Assembly: GCA_009914755.4 (NCBI GenBank) | Contig: CP068257.2 | Coordinates: 22,464,001-22,528,000, forward strand | Reading direction: 5' to 3' | Source of the DNA: the human T2T-CHM13v2.0 reference genome, Homo sapiens | DNA length: 64,000 nt | Shown: piece by piece, positions 43,801 through 58,420 of the stretch | Layout of the letters: each line of letters opens with the position of its first letter | Numbering within the stretch: position 1 is the stretch's first letter | Notes under the pieces: generated by a model | What the model was told of the DNA's origin: nothing | The model's database searches: none | The model's input: only the letters and a program-made list of their open reading frames with translations | Program-made: the position numbers and the translations under genes

Positions 43801-45348
43801 ATAATTTTTGTACTTTTTACCAAATATCTACTCTTCTAACATAAGGATAAGTTGTTTTAAAAAATGTTCTCAAGAACAGGTAAGGGGCACAAACTAAAAT
43901 TAAACCATTAAAATCAACAAGAATATGCACTTAGGTGGTTTTCTAAGCATCTTGACATTCTCACTCTACTTTTAAAAAAGCAAAAACATTTAACTATCTC
44001 TAAAGGATGTATTTTTGAAATACAATATGGAACTTGGTGCTTAGTGAAAAACACTTGGTCCTGCGTCAAAAAACTGGTGAAAGTATATAATTTTAATAGG
44101 CCCTAATTTTTTTAAGAAAGTGTTCATTGAAATAAATTATCCTTTTTATAATTATTTTTACATTAGATGAAACTGATATTTCTGATTAATAATCAATTAT
44201 TTATTTTAACCATATTAGATAAGTGGTTGTTTAATGTATTTTACCACCATTGTAGACATTTGTTGGTTTAGCGATTTCGCGAAAATTTCACATTTTCCCC
44301 AATTTTGGCTATATATTCTGAGTGGGCCAGAAGTGAAGCACTCATTTAAGTGCTTGTATTATTTAAAACTGGGTGCAAGTGAGAGAAAAATCATACTCAA
44401 AGGCAAATGAATCTGTTCTGTATGTTTACTTAACTTTATCACCTTTCCCCAAATCTTCCCTAGTGGATTAAAGTTCGAATTAATTGAGTACAATTCAGTA
44501 GATTGTTACCTTTGTAGGGGCGGTTGTTTTGGTAAGGCTTCTCTAAATAATATCTCTCTCTTCCCATCACCATTTTGCTTATAAGAACAGTGTCCCTGTA
44601 GTTAGATCCCACATTGACTTGAAGCACACATACAGAACTACAAACTGTTTAAAATTATAATACATAAGTAAAACCAAAACACACAAGAAACTGATGTTAA
44701 GAAACCTACGCTAAAATAAGCAGTAATATGGAACTGCAAATCAATAATGAGAGAAATATTTACTACTAAAATCTGGTATGCAACATTGATGTACCATTAG
44801 AAAAGAAATTGTCTAGATAACTGTAATATTCAACAGTAACTGTGCACTGATGGAAGGCACTTTTTTTTTTACAGTATCAGTTATGTTTATATTTTGTTTA
44901 CCAATTCTGGGTTTTCACTCTTGAATAAGATTTCTCTTGATTCTATAAAGTTCTCACAGCTTCAAGATCCTCCTCCAAAAACATTTTTTCTTTATATTTA
45001 AGTCTTACACATATGTCTATCATAAATAAATTATGCATGCTTGCACTTTTATCTGTAAATATGTCCCCAGTTTTGGTTATGGCTGATCTTGTATATTTCT
45101 TTTCTTAACAGATTTGCAACGGTTGTTTTATCCAGTCTAAATGAGTAGTCATAGAAATAACCTTATTTTCATCATATTTTTATGATGAACACATAATTTC
45201 TTTGTGTAAAATACTTTTGTAACTTAAAGGTAATTTTTGGAAAGATTTATAATTCTGTTTTTCTTTTAGTTGTTCTTTAAAAAAATCATTGTGAAAACAC
45301 ATACCATAAATTTTACCATCTTACATCTATTTAACTGTACAGATTAGG

Positions 45349-45945
<597 letters not shown>

Positions 45946-46764
45946 TCAGGCATGTTAAGTATATTCACATTATTATGCAAAAGACCTCTAGAAATTTTAC
46001 ATCTTGTAAAACTAAAACTCAATACCCTTAAGTGACAACTGCCCATTTTACTCTCTCTTCAACGCTTGCAAACACCTTCCTCCCACTTTCTGTTTCTATG
46101 TGTGTGACTACTTAAGACATCTCACATAAGTAGAATTATATTGTATCCATCATTTTGTTACTGGCTTATTTCCATTGACATAATATTCTCAAAGTTTATC
46201 TTAAAATGTGACAAGACTTCTTTTAAGGGTGAATAATATTTCATTGTACGTACATGTCAAATTTTTTGATGTGTTCATCAGTCAAGAAACATCTGGATTG
46301 TTTCAGCCTTTTGGCTTTTGTGAATATTGCTACAATAAAAAGGAGGTCAAAAAAAAAAAAAGACTGATGAACCCTAAAACTAATCAGCATTTTTCTCACT
46401 GATACACCCAGAAAGAAATTAGAACATCTGTGATGTCGATCTGTGATTTGAAAATAGTACATGAAAATCAAGCAAATAAAAATGAGAAGATCTATCAGAA
46501 TTGTTAATATTATGGTTACTTATGCTATAATCACCTCAATTGATGAAGAACCTAATCACTAAGGTCATTCAATTTTCACTTTCTAAAATTGTACTCTAAA
46601 CACAGGACATATCCTAAGGATATGAAACAAAAATAATACATCTTTTAATAAACTTTAAGCCATTTTTCTCCAAGTGTAAAAATTAAATCAAAATCAAACT
46701 ATTAATACTTAATTTTGTTTTTTCCAGAATATTACATGTGATTTAAAGGCCATTGTACAGCTAT

Positions 46765-46920
46765 TTGCTGGCTCCGAAGGACCCTCACCAGATATCAAAT
46801 CTGTTGGCACCTTGATCTTGGACTTCCTGGTCTCCAGAACTATGAGAAATACATTTCTGTTTTTTATAAATTACTAATTCTAAGGGATTTTGTTATAGCA
46901 GCTCAAATGGACTAAGACAA
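46765..46920 (+). mobile_element. MaLR LTR 3' fragment (THE1/MST/MLT-type)
   Basis: 'gaaggaccctcaccagatatcaaatctgttggcaccttgatcttggacttcctggtctccagaactatgagaaatacatttctgttttttataaattactaattctaagggattttgttatagcagctcaaatggactaagaca'. The 'tgtgagaaataaat...tttataagccac...tttgttatagcagc' wording is canonical. Confidence 0.8.
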
Positions 46921-49299
46921 TTAGTCTAAAATCTAAGCATATTTTACTTGACTAAACACTATAAATTTTATTGAAAAACATTATTGTAATTTAACTGTGG
47001 ATTTGAACATTTTAAAATAAAAATAAGCATGTTTATGTTTGATGTTGAAATTCTCTGTTTCTGAAGTAGCGAATGTTTTAGAAAGAAATTCAAGGGGGAT
47101 ATTAGCATATGATAGTCTTGTTTACTTCCAATTAACACAGGAATACTTTTTTCTGACAAACACTAAAAATAGTTAAAAATTATGAATCGTTTTTACCAAT
47201 GTGTATCTTTGTAAACTAGGAGTTAAGACACAACACATGTTTCCCCACTTTTCTCTTTTATAGTGTGACAGTGTGATTTTGTACTATGAATATTTATTAT
47301 ATGTTAAAGCCTACTTGCTTTTTAAAAATGGATTATGATCTTGATCTTTTACTAGATTGTAAGCATCATGTTCATTTTATTCACTAGCACAGGCCTGGCA
47401 TCTGTCACAGAGCACGGCACATGCTAGCAAGCTCAATAAGTACTTCTTACATGAGCGATTGTTTAGATTTATGAGTGAATGATGATGACTCTTTTTCTCT
47501 CCCTATTCCATCCTCAGCTTCCTTCTTCCATATGTCTTTCACTTTACATGCTTCCTATTCTATTGTTTTGAACAATGTCTTGCTTGGTGTCCTTTTTTTT
47601 CTGTCACTGATGTGTCTTACTCCTTTTCTCTTTCAGGATATCTTTCTATACCCATCTTTGTGTTTCTTCCTTAAACTTACATTCCTGTTCTCTCCTCTGT
47701 TAAAAATATGATATGAAGTAAACATTTTTATCTGTTGTGTTATTAAATGAGTTTCGCCCTTTGCTGTTTAGAGAATAAGGTAATTGCAATATGTTTATAC
47801 CTTTTTTCCTCTTAAAAAGATAAGAAATATGATTCCTATTGGAGTTTGGTTTTTATTTTTATTTTCTGTGGGATTTTTTGTTTTATGTGTGTTTCTGGAA
47901 GCCTAGATTTTTTTAAGTGCTAAGCTACAGAAATGTAGAATAATCTTACCCAATCAACCAAAAACAAATCCCCCAAAATTAAGTTCATCAATTAAATTTG
48001 TTTTCTAAACTGTTGGTGCTATAAAGATAAAACTTTATTCTGCATTATTTCTGTGTTTGTTTAAAATTATTATTGAGTTTAACTTAAATTTAGAAACTTT
48101 TTGACTAAGAATGTTTAGAGCACAATATTATTTACATATATATAACTGTAAATTAAGTTCAAAAATAAAATTCTTATTCTTACAGTCTTATCTCACTAAT
48201 ACAACCAAAATAACATTAGTTAACACAAAGAACATTAAAAACCAATATAAATCAAATTAAAGACATTTATTTTATGTATAAACCATCATTTAAATAAAAC
48301 TATATTAAGTGTAGCATTTCATTTCATTTTTAATTATTTATTCTTTTTGTTTGGAGTAAAATGCCTTATATCTGTATATGTATATATGCATAAATATATA
48401 CAAATATTGAAACTATAAATATTATTTGATATTTTTATATTTTAAAATTACTGCTCTTTTAAACAATGCACTTATTTTAACCACTAATACTACTACTACA
48501 TTTAGCTAAATCCCCGTAAAATAAAATTGTATATGTGAATTATTTTAATACACACACATGCAAATGTTTTCTACTTAGTATTACTATAAAATTGTTTAAC
48601 TTGGTAATAAAACCACACGCTGGTATACTTCGCTGAAATGTTGGTATTTTATAGATTATGATGTTAAATGTTTTTCTTATATTTTGTTTATAACTTACCT
48701 ACCTTACTTTGAACAATCTCGCCTGTCAAAATGCTACCTTTTTTCTATATGTGAACTTTCATTTACACTATTTTTTATGGTATATTAGAATTTTCTTGAA
48801 ACATAAAATGCAATGAATTCAAGATTCAGGTGTTCATATTTGGTTGTAAAGAGTTCATCTTGCTGATCCAAAATATGCTGTGATGTATTTATTTTTATTA
48901 TGATAAAATTTAAAACACACACATAAATATTTGAAAGAGCTACTCAGTCATGGACACCTGAGTCATCTGAGAAATTTTATTATAGATACCTACATAATTT
49001 AGATAACTTAATATAGCCTTACCAAGTCAGTATTTATCATGTTCACTTTACAGTTATAGAAATTAAGGCTTTAAATAAATTGACAATATTATATACATAT
49101 AATCAGCAATGCAAGTTGCAAATTCAATTCTGTCTGATTCAAAATCTATGTCATCTTAATATGATTTACTTACTCCTGTTATCTGTTATGTATCCAATAA
49201 CTCTGTCTTTTTTTAATGTGTACATAATTATGCCTCATTATTATTATAAAGAAACCACCTGAAATTTGGAAAGATTATCTTCAAAGATAAAATATAGCA

Positions 49300-49490
49300 T
49301 CCAAAAATGGGCCCACACAAATATAGTCAACTGATTTTTGACAAAGTATAGTGGTAATTCAGAGGACAGATACCTTTTCAACAAATGGTGATGGAACAAT
49401 GGGATGTCCTTATGCAAAATAAAGATACTAGATGCAAATCTTACACTTCACACAAAAAATGAATAAATTTTATATCCTGAGGTATATCTA
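49300..49490 (+). mobile_element. Old L1 (L1M-like) ORF2 fragment
   Basis: 'gggcccacacaaatatagtcaactgatttttgacaaagtatagtggtaattcagaggacagataccttttcaacaaatggtgatggaacaatgggatgtccttatgcaaaataaagatactagatgcaaatcttacacttcacacaaaaaatgaat', to be compared with L1 'ccacacatatatggtcaattaatttatgacaaaggagccaagaatatacaatggggaaaggacagtctcttcaataaatggtgttgggaaaactgga...'. Confidence 0.55.
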
Positions 49491-49585
49491 CATCTCTCGT
49501 TATCTCATATTCAGTCTCACTCTCATTCTTGCTCTCACTCTCTCTCTCTCTCTCTCTCTGGGCACCCAATAACCTATCAATTGTA
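49377..49585 (+). repeat. Copy 1 of a dispersed duplication of about 210 bp (L1M fragment, unique segment, (CT)n, then 'gggcacccaataacctatcaattgta')
   Basis: This segment recurs at 50346-50572 (see that entry and the finding at 49300-50572). Confidence 0.9.
49532..49559. repeat. (CT)n microsatellite
   Basis: Direct read of 'ctctcactctctctctctctctctctctg'. The second copy, at about 50503-50533, is CT/GT-interrupted. Confidence 0.9.
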
Positions 49586-50345
49586 GGATACTAATGCTTG
49601 ACCAAGTTGCCTCAAATTGAGACAAATTTGAGGGGTCATTCCAGTCTCACAGGATCAGTGGAAACTTGTATATTAACTCCCTCCCAGTCCAAAGTCTCCT
49701 CCTCTCTGCCTCCACCAGGATTTTATAGATGTTATTCCCAGGAGCACTCTTAAGTAGACATCCATCACTCAAAACCATCTCAAAATTTGCTTCTCAGGAA
49801 ACACGATCTAGGAGAAACTGGAAAAAAGACCAAAAAATAATAATAAAATAAGAATAGGTCCTTGAAATTTATGCTATCTTACAGTTAGGCCATAAACAGT
49901 AAAACGGTAAAGTGGGAGAGAAGGAGAACAGTCTTCAATGGGGAAGAAAATGATTTCTTATCAAGAACATGTGATAATTAATTTCTTCATATTGGATTTT
50001 CTAAGCTAATTGCTGTCCTAATTCCTTTAGTTTCCAAGGGATCCAACAGGTTGTTCTTTGTGTTATTCACTTTCAATTAATCTGCAGTGACTTAATCCTC
50101 TCAACCCATTATTTAAAGCTAAATTAGCAGTGTTGTAACATGTGCTAAGATGTTGAATTGAGCAGGATATAGTAGAGATAGAAAAGATAGTGTTGAGATA
50201 GAAGATAATTATGAATGATTGTGATTCTTCACCTGAGTTTATTTATTATCAGTATAATCAATACATCATCTGGTTTTTCAATGAGTAATAATTAAATATA
50301 TAATCCTCTTTTTTACTTTAAATTGAGCTATTATAATATTTTTCT

Positions 50346-50572
50346 TCTCAACAAATGGTGATGGAACAATGTGATGTCCTTATGCAAATTAAAGAAGCTA
50401 GACACAAGTCTTACACTTCACACAAAATATAAATAAACTTTATATCCTGAGGTTTATATCTGCATCTCTCGTTGTCTCATGTTCACTCTCACTCCCATTC
50501 TTGCTCTCACTCTCTCTCTCTGTGTCTCTCTCTGTGGGCACCCAATAACCTATCAATTGTAACTTAATTCAT
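50346..50572 (+). repeat. Copy 2 of the ~210-bp duplication (about 90% identical to 49377-49585)
   Basis: 'tcaacaaatggtgatggaacaatgtgatgtccttatgcaaattaaagaagctagacacaagtcttacacttcacacaaaatataaataaactttatatcctgaggtttatatctgcatctctcgttgtctcatgttcactctcactcccattcttgctctcactctctctctctgtgtctctctctgtgggcacccaataacctatcaattgtaac'. Confidence 0.9.
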
Positions 50573-51884
50573 TTTTTTACCTTAATTCATTTTTTTTCTG
50601 GAACATTAATAATCTGTTAAACAAAAGACCACATTTTGTAAATATCACTGCATATTTTGGCACAAAATAATGTAGGTGGTTTTCCCCAAAAATCCCCCCT
50701 CTCTTTTCTATCCTGGAGTTTTAAAATAGTCTCTGGGTAAATTTTATGTTGCAAAAGTTCAGTATAATTTCAATTTTATTTCACCCTTTCCTCAAGGTTA
50801 CAAAATCCGTTTCTTTTAAGTTAAGAGACACTGACTCATATTGAAATTAATTCTTACATTTGCTTGCAGGTTTTATATGAAATTTACTCTAAATATTATT
50901 AAGATAATTATCTGAATCAAATTACAATGGATGTATGAAATATACATGACAAATGAGCATAGTTCACTGGGTATTTCAGAAAAATTGAGAATTCCACAAA
51001 AATAGAAGGAGGTTATTGCACCTCCTTCTTTTAAGTAAAAGAAACCTAATTCATCTAATAGACAGCTGCTGGCTTATCTTGGAGTATGAAACTGCTATGA
51101 GAAAATTTGATTTCTTTCAAGGGTAGACCAAGACTCATGTCCTGAGTAGGTTCATGGAGTGAGTGGCACATGTCATGTGTGACACCATTGGTGTGATTAT
51201 ATAATAAGAGCAAAAATGAAGGTCAGTGGTCACTCCAGTCACTTATTTTTTTTTCCTTATTTTATTTTTTCTCTTTTTACTCTCACTGACATATAGTGCA
51301 GGCAACATTTTTGAGTTTTCATGATAGTTAACGGATAAATGGAGGAGAAAAGCAGAGACAGAACATTACAAATATTAGTCCCAAGGATTTTCATAAAGTG
51401 TTAATAGTATATTTCTCAGTGTGTTACTAGGGGAAATGAAAAGTCATGTTAAAACATAGGTTGAGTCTTTGTTGTGATTATCCTCTTAGGGTGAGGAGAT
51501 GTTGAATTTTCTATCTACATTTTAGTTAATCCTGGTTTTTGCACATAGCAGGTACTCTTTCTCCAGAAATATTAACATTTGGCATTTTTCCTATGATTAA
51601 AAAAAATTTCTAAAAAATCTCTTATAAGAAATTCCAAGGGATAGAGTAGCGAAGTTCAGGTGTGTGTTTGCATACATGTGTAGTGTAGACACATGTTTTC
51701 AAATGTATCCATGAATTTAAGAAGAAACAGAATAGATTTCACTTTGGTCGTGCTTTACTCTTTAGAGTTTCTCCAAATTCTACATTTCACAAAGGGATAT
51801 TCAAAATTCAATGCATGGAAATTTTCACAAAATTAAAAGCAAGTTATCAAAAATAATACCTATGACTATATATACATATATATG

Positions 51885-51911
51885 TATGTGTGTGTGTGTG
51901 TGTGTGTGTGT
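51885..51911. repeat. (GT)13 microsatellite
   Basis: Direct read of 'atgtatgtgtgtgtgtgtgtgtgtgtgtgtataaa'. Confidence 0.95.
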
Positions 51912-54316
51912 ATAAATATATTTGTTGCCAAACAAATTTTATTCTTAGATAATACATGCTGATTTATTCACAGGTGTCTACAACTCAGAAATCCTTCAGA
52001 AGCTGTCATATTCAATATGCACCTTGTATACTAGTTTCAATGCCAATGTTTCTAATCCAGAAGGAAAAAATCAGCCCCACTTAAAGAGCCTCACTCTACA
52101 CCATGTTCACTCACAACACACCCACACACATGGTTACCTTGTGTAAAACAAGAAAGTGTTATTCTGTTTTCCCCCATTTTATATAATATTTAGGATAGGT
52201 TTGACTGCTACAGTTACAAATATACCCTGAATAGAATCTAGCAAAAATTAATTCTCACTCATTCAAGTCCAGAGCTAGTTGGTAGCTCTCCAGAGCAATT
52301 TTATTCTTGTTGTGACCCAGGAATCTAGGCCACTTCTATTTTGCAGTAACTTTATCTCCACTTGTGGCCGCCATAATTGCAGTGGCAGTGGAACAATGGC
52401 ATAGAGAACATCCACTTGTTTCTAACAGCCTCCTATCAAAAGGGATGCATTCCACTTCCTTTCTCAGCCAATAAGCCATCTAGTCATGTGGTTCCAATCT
52501 TTCTTTTTGGAAAGCTTGGAAGTCTTCCCAAATCCCAACAAAAGAGAGGAGAGCCCAATACAGTGAGCATAGCCACAGCCACCACACTATATATTAGCTA
52601 TGTGATCATGAACACTCCCATAAACCTTTGCATATTATAGATTTTTCATCTTAAATTTAGGACATAAAACTGATCTCAGAAAGTTACTGTAAAGATTAAA
52701 TAGGATAACTTACGTACCTCAAGTAACACATAGTGTAGAAAACAGGATATGTTAGTTCTTTCTTTTTTTAAAAAAAGACCCATAATAATCTAATGATGAG
52801 TTATCTCCCTTGGCTACCTGTTTAAATACATTTACTAAAGATTCTCAGGTTCCAATTTCACTTACTACTGTTTTTGCAAGTCTTTCAAATTAGGGAGGGA
52901 AGATCATTCAGGGACAATGAGAAATGTAACATGAAATGCAACGAGTCTTTCAGGAATATGCATTGACAAAAGAATTTTTAACTACCCGCTCATAATACAT
53001 TTACTTGGAAAATGAACAGTAGGTGAGTAAAAACTCTCTCTCCCCTCTTAGAGTCCCAGCTGGGTCTGAGAATTGAATTGATCTAAGATAGATTAATAGG
53101 AAAAAAGCATACAAATTCAATATAAGTTTTACATGCCACAGGAGGTCTTATAGGGAAATGAAAACTCAAGCAATTGGCAAAACCTACATGCTTTTGTATT
53201 AGGTTGAACAAAAAGAGGCAATTGTGGAAAAGTAGCTGAATTATGTAGAGTCTAATGGGACATAAAAATAATTAAACAACATCTAATGGTACATATTCTC
53301 TCAGCTATGAGAGAATCAAAGAATTTTTCTTTTCTCCTGATACAGGGAGGACATCTTTTGTATGAGAGTTTTAATGTGTTTTCAAGACAGAAAAGGGAAG
53401 ATTGCAATGACATTCTTTCATCCACTGTTTTTCAATTGCCTTTAGATGAAAGCAATCTTTATGGTAAAGTGGCATGTTTTGGGGTGTATATTCTGTCATC
53501 CTTCATAATTAATATAAATATGTATATAAAATTTTAAAATTAATAAGTTGGTTCCATTCTCTTGTAGAACACATATTTTCTTTTTAATTTTATTTTGTGT
53601 TAAGAAATTCTATATGCCTGAAATAGCTATCAAACTAGAACCATGCAATGTTATCAGGAGTGGAGCAGACAATTATTTGGAGTAAATAAATCAAATTAAA
53701 CATGTATAATGAATACTAAAGGAAATATTAGAAAAGAAATGTTTTTACAACTGAAGGGAAAGTTACAGCTATTCTCAGGAACATTTAAAGTATGCATTCT
53801 CATTTTATAGGGTGTGGGGGCTTTCCTTATTCAAAATATTAGACATAACTTGTTTTTGCTTTCTGGATCAGAAAATATTGAGTGTGTTTTTATTTAACTG
53901 TCTAAAAGTTGTTTTGAAATAATATTTAATGTAACAGGGATGCCTGATTAATGTCTCTCATTGAATTGATAGTTCAACAGGTTGCGTTTGTTTTTTAATA
54001 TGAATAGGCTAAAAAACAAAAACATTATACAATATATATTTTAAGTATATATATATTTATACTCTCTCTATACATATGTATATACCGCCTCTATTTTAGA
54101 CTTTTATTTTCCAACTGTCCCATTTTTACCCTAACCCAACTGTTCCCCTCTACATGTGCTGCAAAAGGGTTTTCTTCCATAGTTTCATTTTCTTTTGTTC
54201 CCCTTTCACTGTGAAATGTACTTGCCTTACTAATAGTACTCAAACAGACATAATTGGTTTCAGTCTTGGTTTGGACATATGTGTGACAAGTTCCATATGT
54301 TCTACATTGTTAGTAA

Positions 54317-54601
<285 letters not shown>

Positions 54602-54754
54602 AAGCATGAACACATAAACTGAGGACGAGGCAAGATAAAGAATAAGCAGTCTAAAGCAGAAAGATAGCCTTTCAATGTACTATTGCGCCTTTAGGGAATG
54701 GAAGTCGTCTGTAAGCACAGTGTATCTGCAGCAGATAGAAATCTCCTTTGATCA

Positions 54755-54967
54755 ATGTTGCATCAGCAAAGAACATTCCTATGTAAAATTGATACAAACT
54801 TTATTTGAGTGCAAACATTGTGAAACCTGTGTTAGAGATCAGCAGGCATGCTGACATTGATCAGAGGAGATTTCTCCTGATCTCTAACACAGATTTCACA
54901 ATGTTTGCGCTCAAATAAAGTTTGCATCAGTTTTACATAGGAATGATCTTTGCTGAAGCAATACATT
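54755..54967. repeat. Long near-perfect inverted repeat / hairpin with 88-bp arms, about 93% complementary, and a ~34-nt spacer. It resembles a MITE or hairpin-RNA precursor.
   Basis: The left arm (54755-54842) is 'atgttgcatcagcaaagaacattcctatgtaaaattgatacaaactttatttgagtgcaaacattgtgaaacctgtgttagagatcag'. The reverse complement of the right arm (54877-54967) is 'atgtattgcttcagcaaagatcattcctatgtaaaactgatgcaaactttatttgagcgcaaacattgtgaaatctgtgttagagatcag'. The loop 'caggcatgctgacattgatcagaggagatttctc' contains its own palindrome 'gatcag.aggaga.ttt.ctcct.gatc'. Confidence 0.9.
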
Positions 54968-55535
54968 TCCCAAGCTAGAATTGGAAATCTGAATTTAATA
55001 GCACCTATCGGATATAATTTTAATATGATGGATTTTTCGTTTTTAGAACGGAAAGCTTAATTCTCCTTATCTGAGTTAGATGTAAAAATTATCATCCTAG
55101 ATGACAGTTTAGCTATTTTGTTTGTGGGTGTTTGCATATGTTTCCTGACTCTTTTAAGTCATTTTAGACTCCTAATTAGGCCAAATTCTTCTTCTGAATC
55201 ACTGAGTATAAAAAACAGTCTTTAACAAGATTCACAGACATTCCATATCCTTTGCCAAGCTCACTAGTATTGCTATCATTTTTATGCTCCACTTAGGTAA
55301 CATTAGGAAGCACTTTTGTTTAACTCACTATGAAAATTAAAGATGAAATGATGTGTAATTTGAAGTTTTCAATTTTTTTGGCAGGTAAGATTTTAAGACT
55401 GAAATAGTTGCTTGAAATCTATCTTTATTGATAGCAAATCAAGGAAGACATCAATAATTAAATAATAGAGAGAACATTATTTTATTTGAAAGGGGCATTG
55501 ACAACTTCCAATGGAAAATTTTAGCTCAATATTGT

Positions 55536-55950
55536 ATGGTATGGTTTGAATGTTTAACCTTTCTGAAATTCCTGTTGAAACTTAATCTCCAATGTGGAAA
55601 TATTGAGAGGTAAGGCCTTTAAGGGGTGATTGAGTCATGAGGATAAATTGGGCCATTCCTGGATTAATAGATTATTGGGCTGATGAATTATTTGGTTATC
55701 TCAGGAGTGGTACTTGTGTCTTTATAAGAAGAGGAAGAGGGAATTGAGTTAGCATGTTCATCTCACCTCCCCACATTATTATGCCTTGTGCCGCCTCCGG
55801 GTTCTGCACAGAGTCCCCATCAGGAAGAAGGCCCTCACCAGATGTGGCCCCTGGACACTGGACTTCCCAGCTTCGAGAATTGTAAGAAATTTCGATTTTA
55901 AAAAACAAATTACCCTCTTGGGTGTTCAGTTATAGCAACAGAAAATGAAC
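55536..55950 (+). mobile_element. MaLR LTR (THE1/MST-type), near full length
   Basis: Begins 'atggtatggtttgaatgtttaac' (compare 'tgatatggtttggctgtgtcc'). It contains 'ggaaatattgagaggtaaggcctttaaggggtgattgagtcatgagg', 'tgtctttataagaagaggaagagggaattgag...tctcacctccccacattattatgccttgtgccgcctccgggttctgcacagagtccccatcaggaagaaggccctcaccagatgtggcccctggacactggacttcccagcttcgagaattgtaagaaat' and '...gttatagcaacagaaaatgaactaaaata'. Confidence 0.8.
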
Positions 55951-56788
55951 TAAAATATTATGTTTCAAATTTGTGTGGTATAGGTTTCCAGAAAAGAATT
56001 TCTTCATTAGCATTTAATCAAGACAATCCTGGGCTTTCTCTGTGTTTTCAGGAAGTGTCAAGGTACATTATTTAAATGATGAATAAGGTTATAAAGAAAT
56101 AACATAGCCTTTTCATAGTCAGATAATGTCATATTTAAAATGGAGCATTAACCTGTATGCCCAGTCATTGTGGGGAGAAACATAATCCTGTCAAATTTCA
56201 ATACCATTTTAAGACTCTTTTCAGAGTGGGAAATACAGGTAAAACAGTTGAGAAAAAATGCAACATTTAAACCAAATAATACAGGAAATACATAGAAGTA
56301 ATAAATGCTGGTCAATTCATGGTATCAAACTATATAGAATTTTTAAATTAGTAAATAGAAACATAAGAACTTACAGTGTGGGTTTCAGACTAAACCCAGC
56401 TGTTTACCACCTCTCCTTTCCAAAGTCTCATTCTGTGTCAGAAATCCTGAAGTTCAATAGGATTTATGTTTGGTATACATTAAACTACGTTGTGTTTTAC
56501 ATCTCTCCTCTCTTTGTTTTCTGTTACGTCTTCATAGTTTCTGGCCTGGTCTACTGTAGTATCTCCCAATCACTGGCTCCTTGCCTCAAATCCATTTGTG
56601 TTATGTCTGGCCACCAGAGTGACCTATCTAAACATTATATTTCACCATGCATTTTCAGTGTTTTAAGCCTTTCTCTGGCTTTCCACCTTTTAGAATATAT
56701 AAATTCACAATACAAATATCACAATATAAACATTAATATGATGGGACACTCCATATTATCAATTTCACAGGATTCTCCTCTTTCTTAG

Positions 56789-57238
<450 letters not shown>

Positions 57239-58142
57239 TAGGTTTTTCACTTGACTCTTCCTTTAGTAATCAAGTGTTACCTAATTAACTTAGCTCCTCA
57301 TGAGTAATGTTCTTCCAACCAGGTTAATTTGCACCTTCTAAATACTTCTATAAGGTCCTCCATATTTATTATTGCTTACTGCAATTGGCATTTGCCTTAA
57401 AATTATCTTTTTGTGATCTACTTTATGACCAGGTTGATAGTTCCTTGAGGTCAGCAACAATGCTTTAATTATCTCATTCTTAATTATCACATGCTGATGT
57501 CAATGGAAATACTAAACAGATCCTTAATAAGCTGGATCCTAACCTCTGACATCTTTAAAGAGATGTACTGAAACTTTCAACATCACTATTCATTTAAATG
57601 GACACTCTTTTTTATCACAATTACATATATGCTCAAAATATAGTTTCCTACATATTAAATATATAGGAAATAAATATTTATATGTATATCTATTAGAAAC
57701 ATTTACTGATATATTTAACACAGATGAAGCTAAATATGAAAGATTTTCTTCTCCCAGCGTAGCGCGTTAGTCTGTTTCTTTGAGCAGCTGCCCCAGGTGT
57801 CAGCGTTCAGGAAGTCATTTAAAACCAGGGACACCAGGGTAGTTTCCATGGAAGCAGAAATTAACCGTTAACAATCTCCTACACGGTTCACATCTGGTAT
57901 AATTCCCATTGTAGAGAAAAATTGAGTCAAATTACTATTCTAAAAGACAAGTAGAAGTAAGAACAGTTGTCTTAGTAGTTATTGTATATTACTGCAAATG
58001 TTCCTTGGTGATATGTATCGTACGTTAATATAGAAAAGTAAAGAGCCACAATCTAATGACTTTTCCAAAACATATTTTTAAGTGACTATATGATAATAAC
58101 CTTTGCTATTTTAGGTTGTTAAATATCTACCCTATCAAGTTT

Positions 58143-58420
<278 letters not shown>

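Noticed and set aside
56258-56788. Longest ORF in the window (176 aa, + strand)
   Set aside because: Its composition is low-complexity and rich in I/L/S/Y/F/N, typical of AT-rich random sequence. It has no Kozak-like context, no recognisable domain, and no flanking splice signals that would argue for an exon. In mammalian DNA a 500-nt open frame in 35%-GC sequence is expected by chance.
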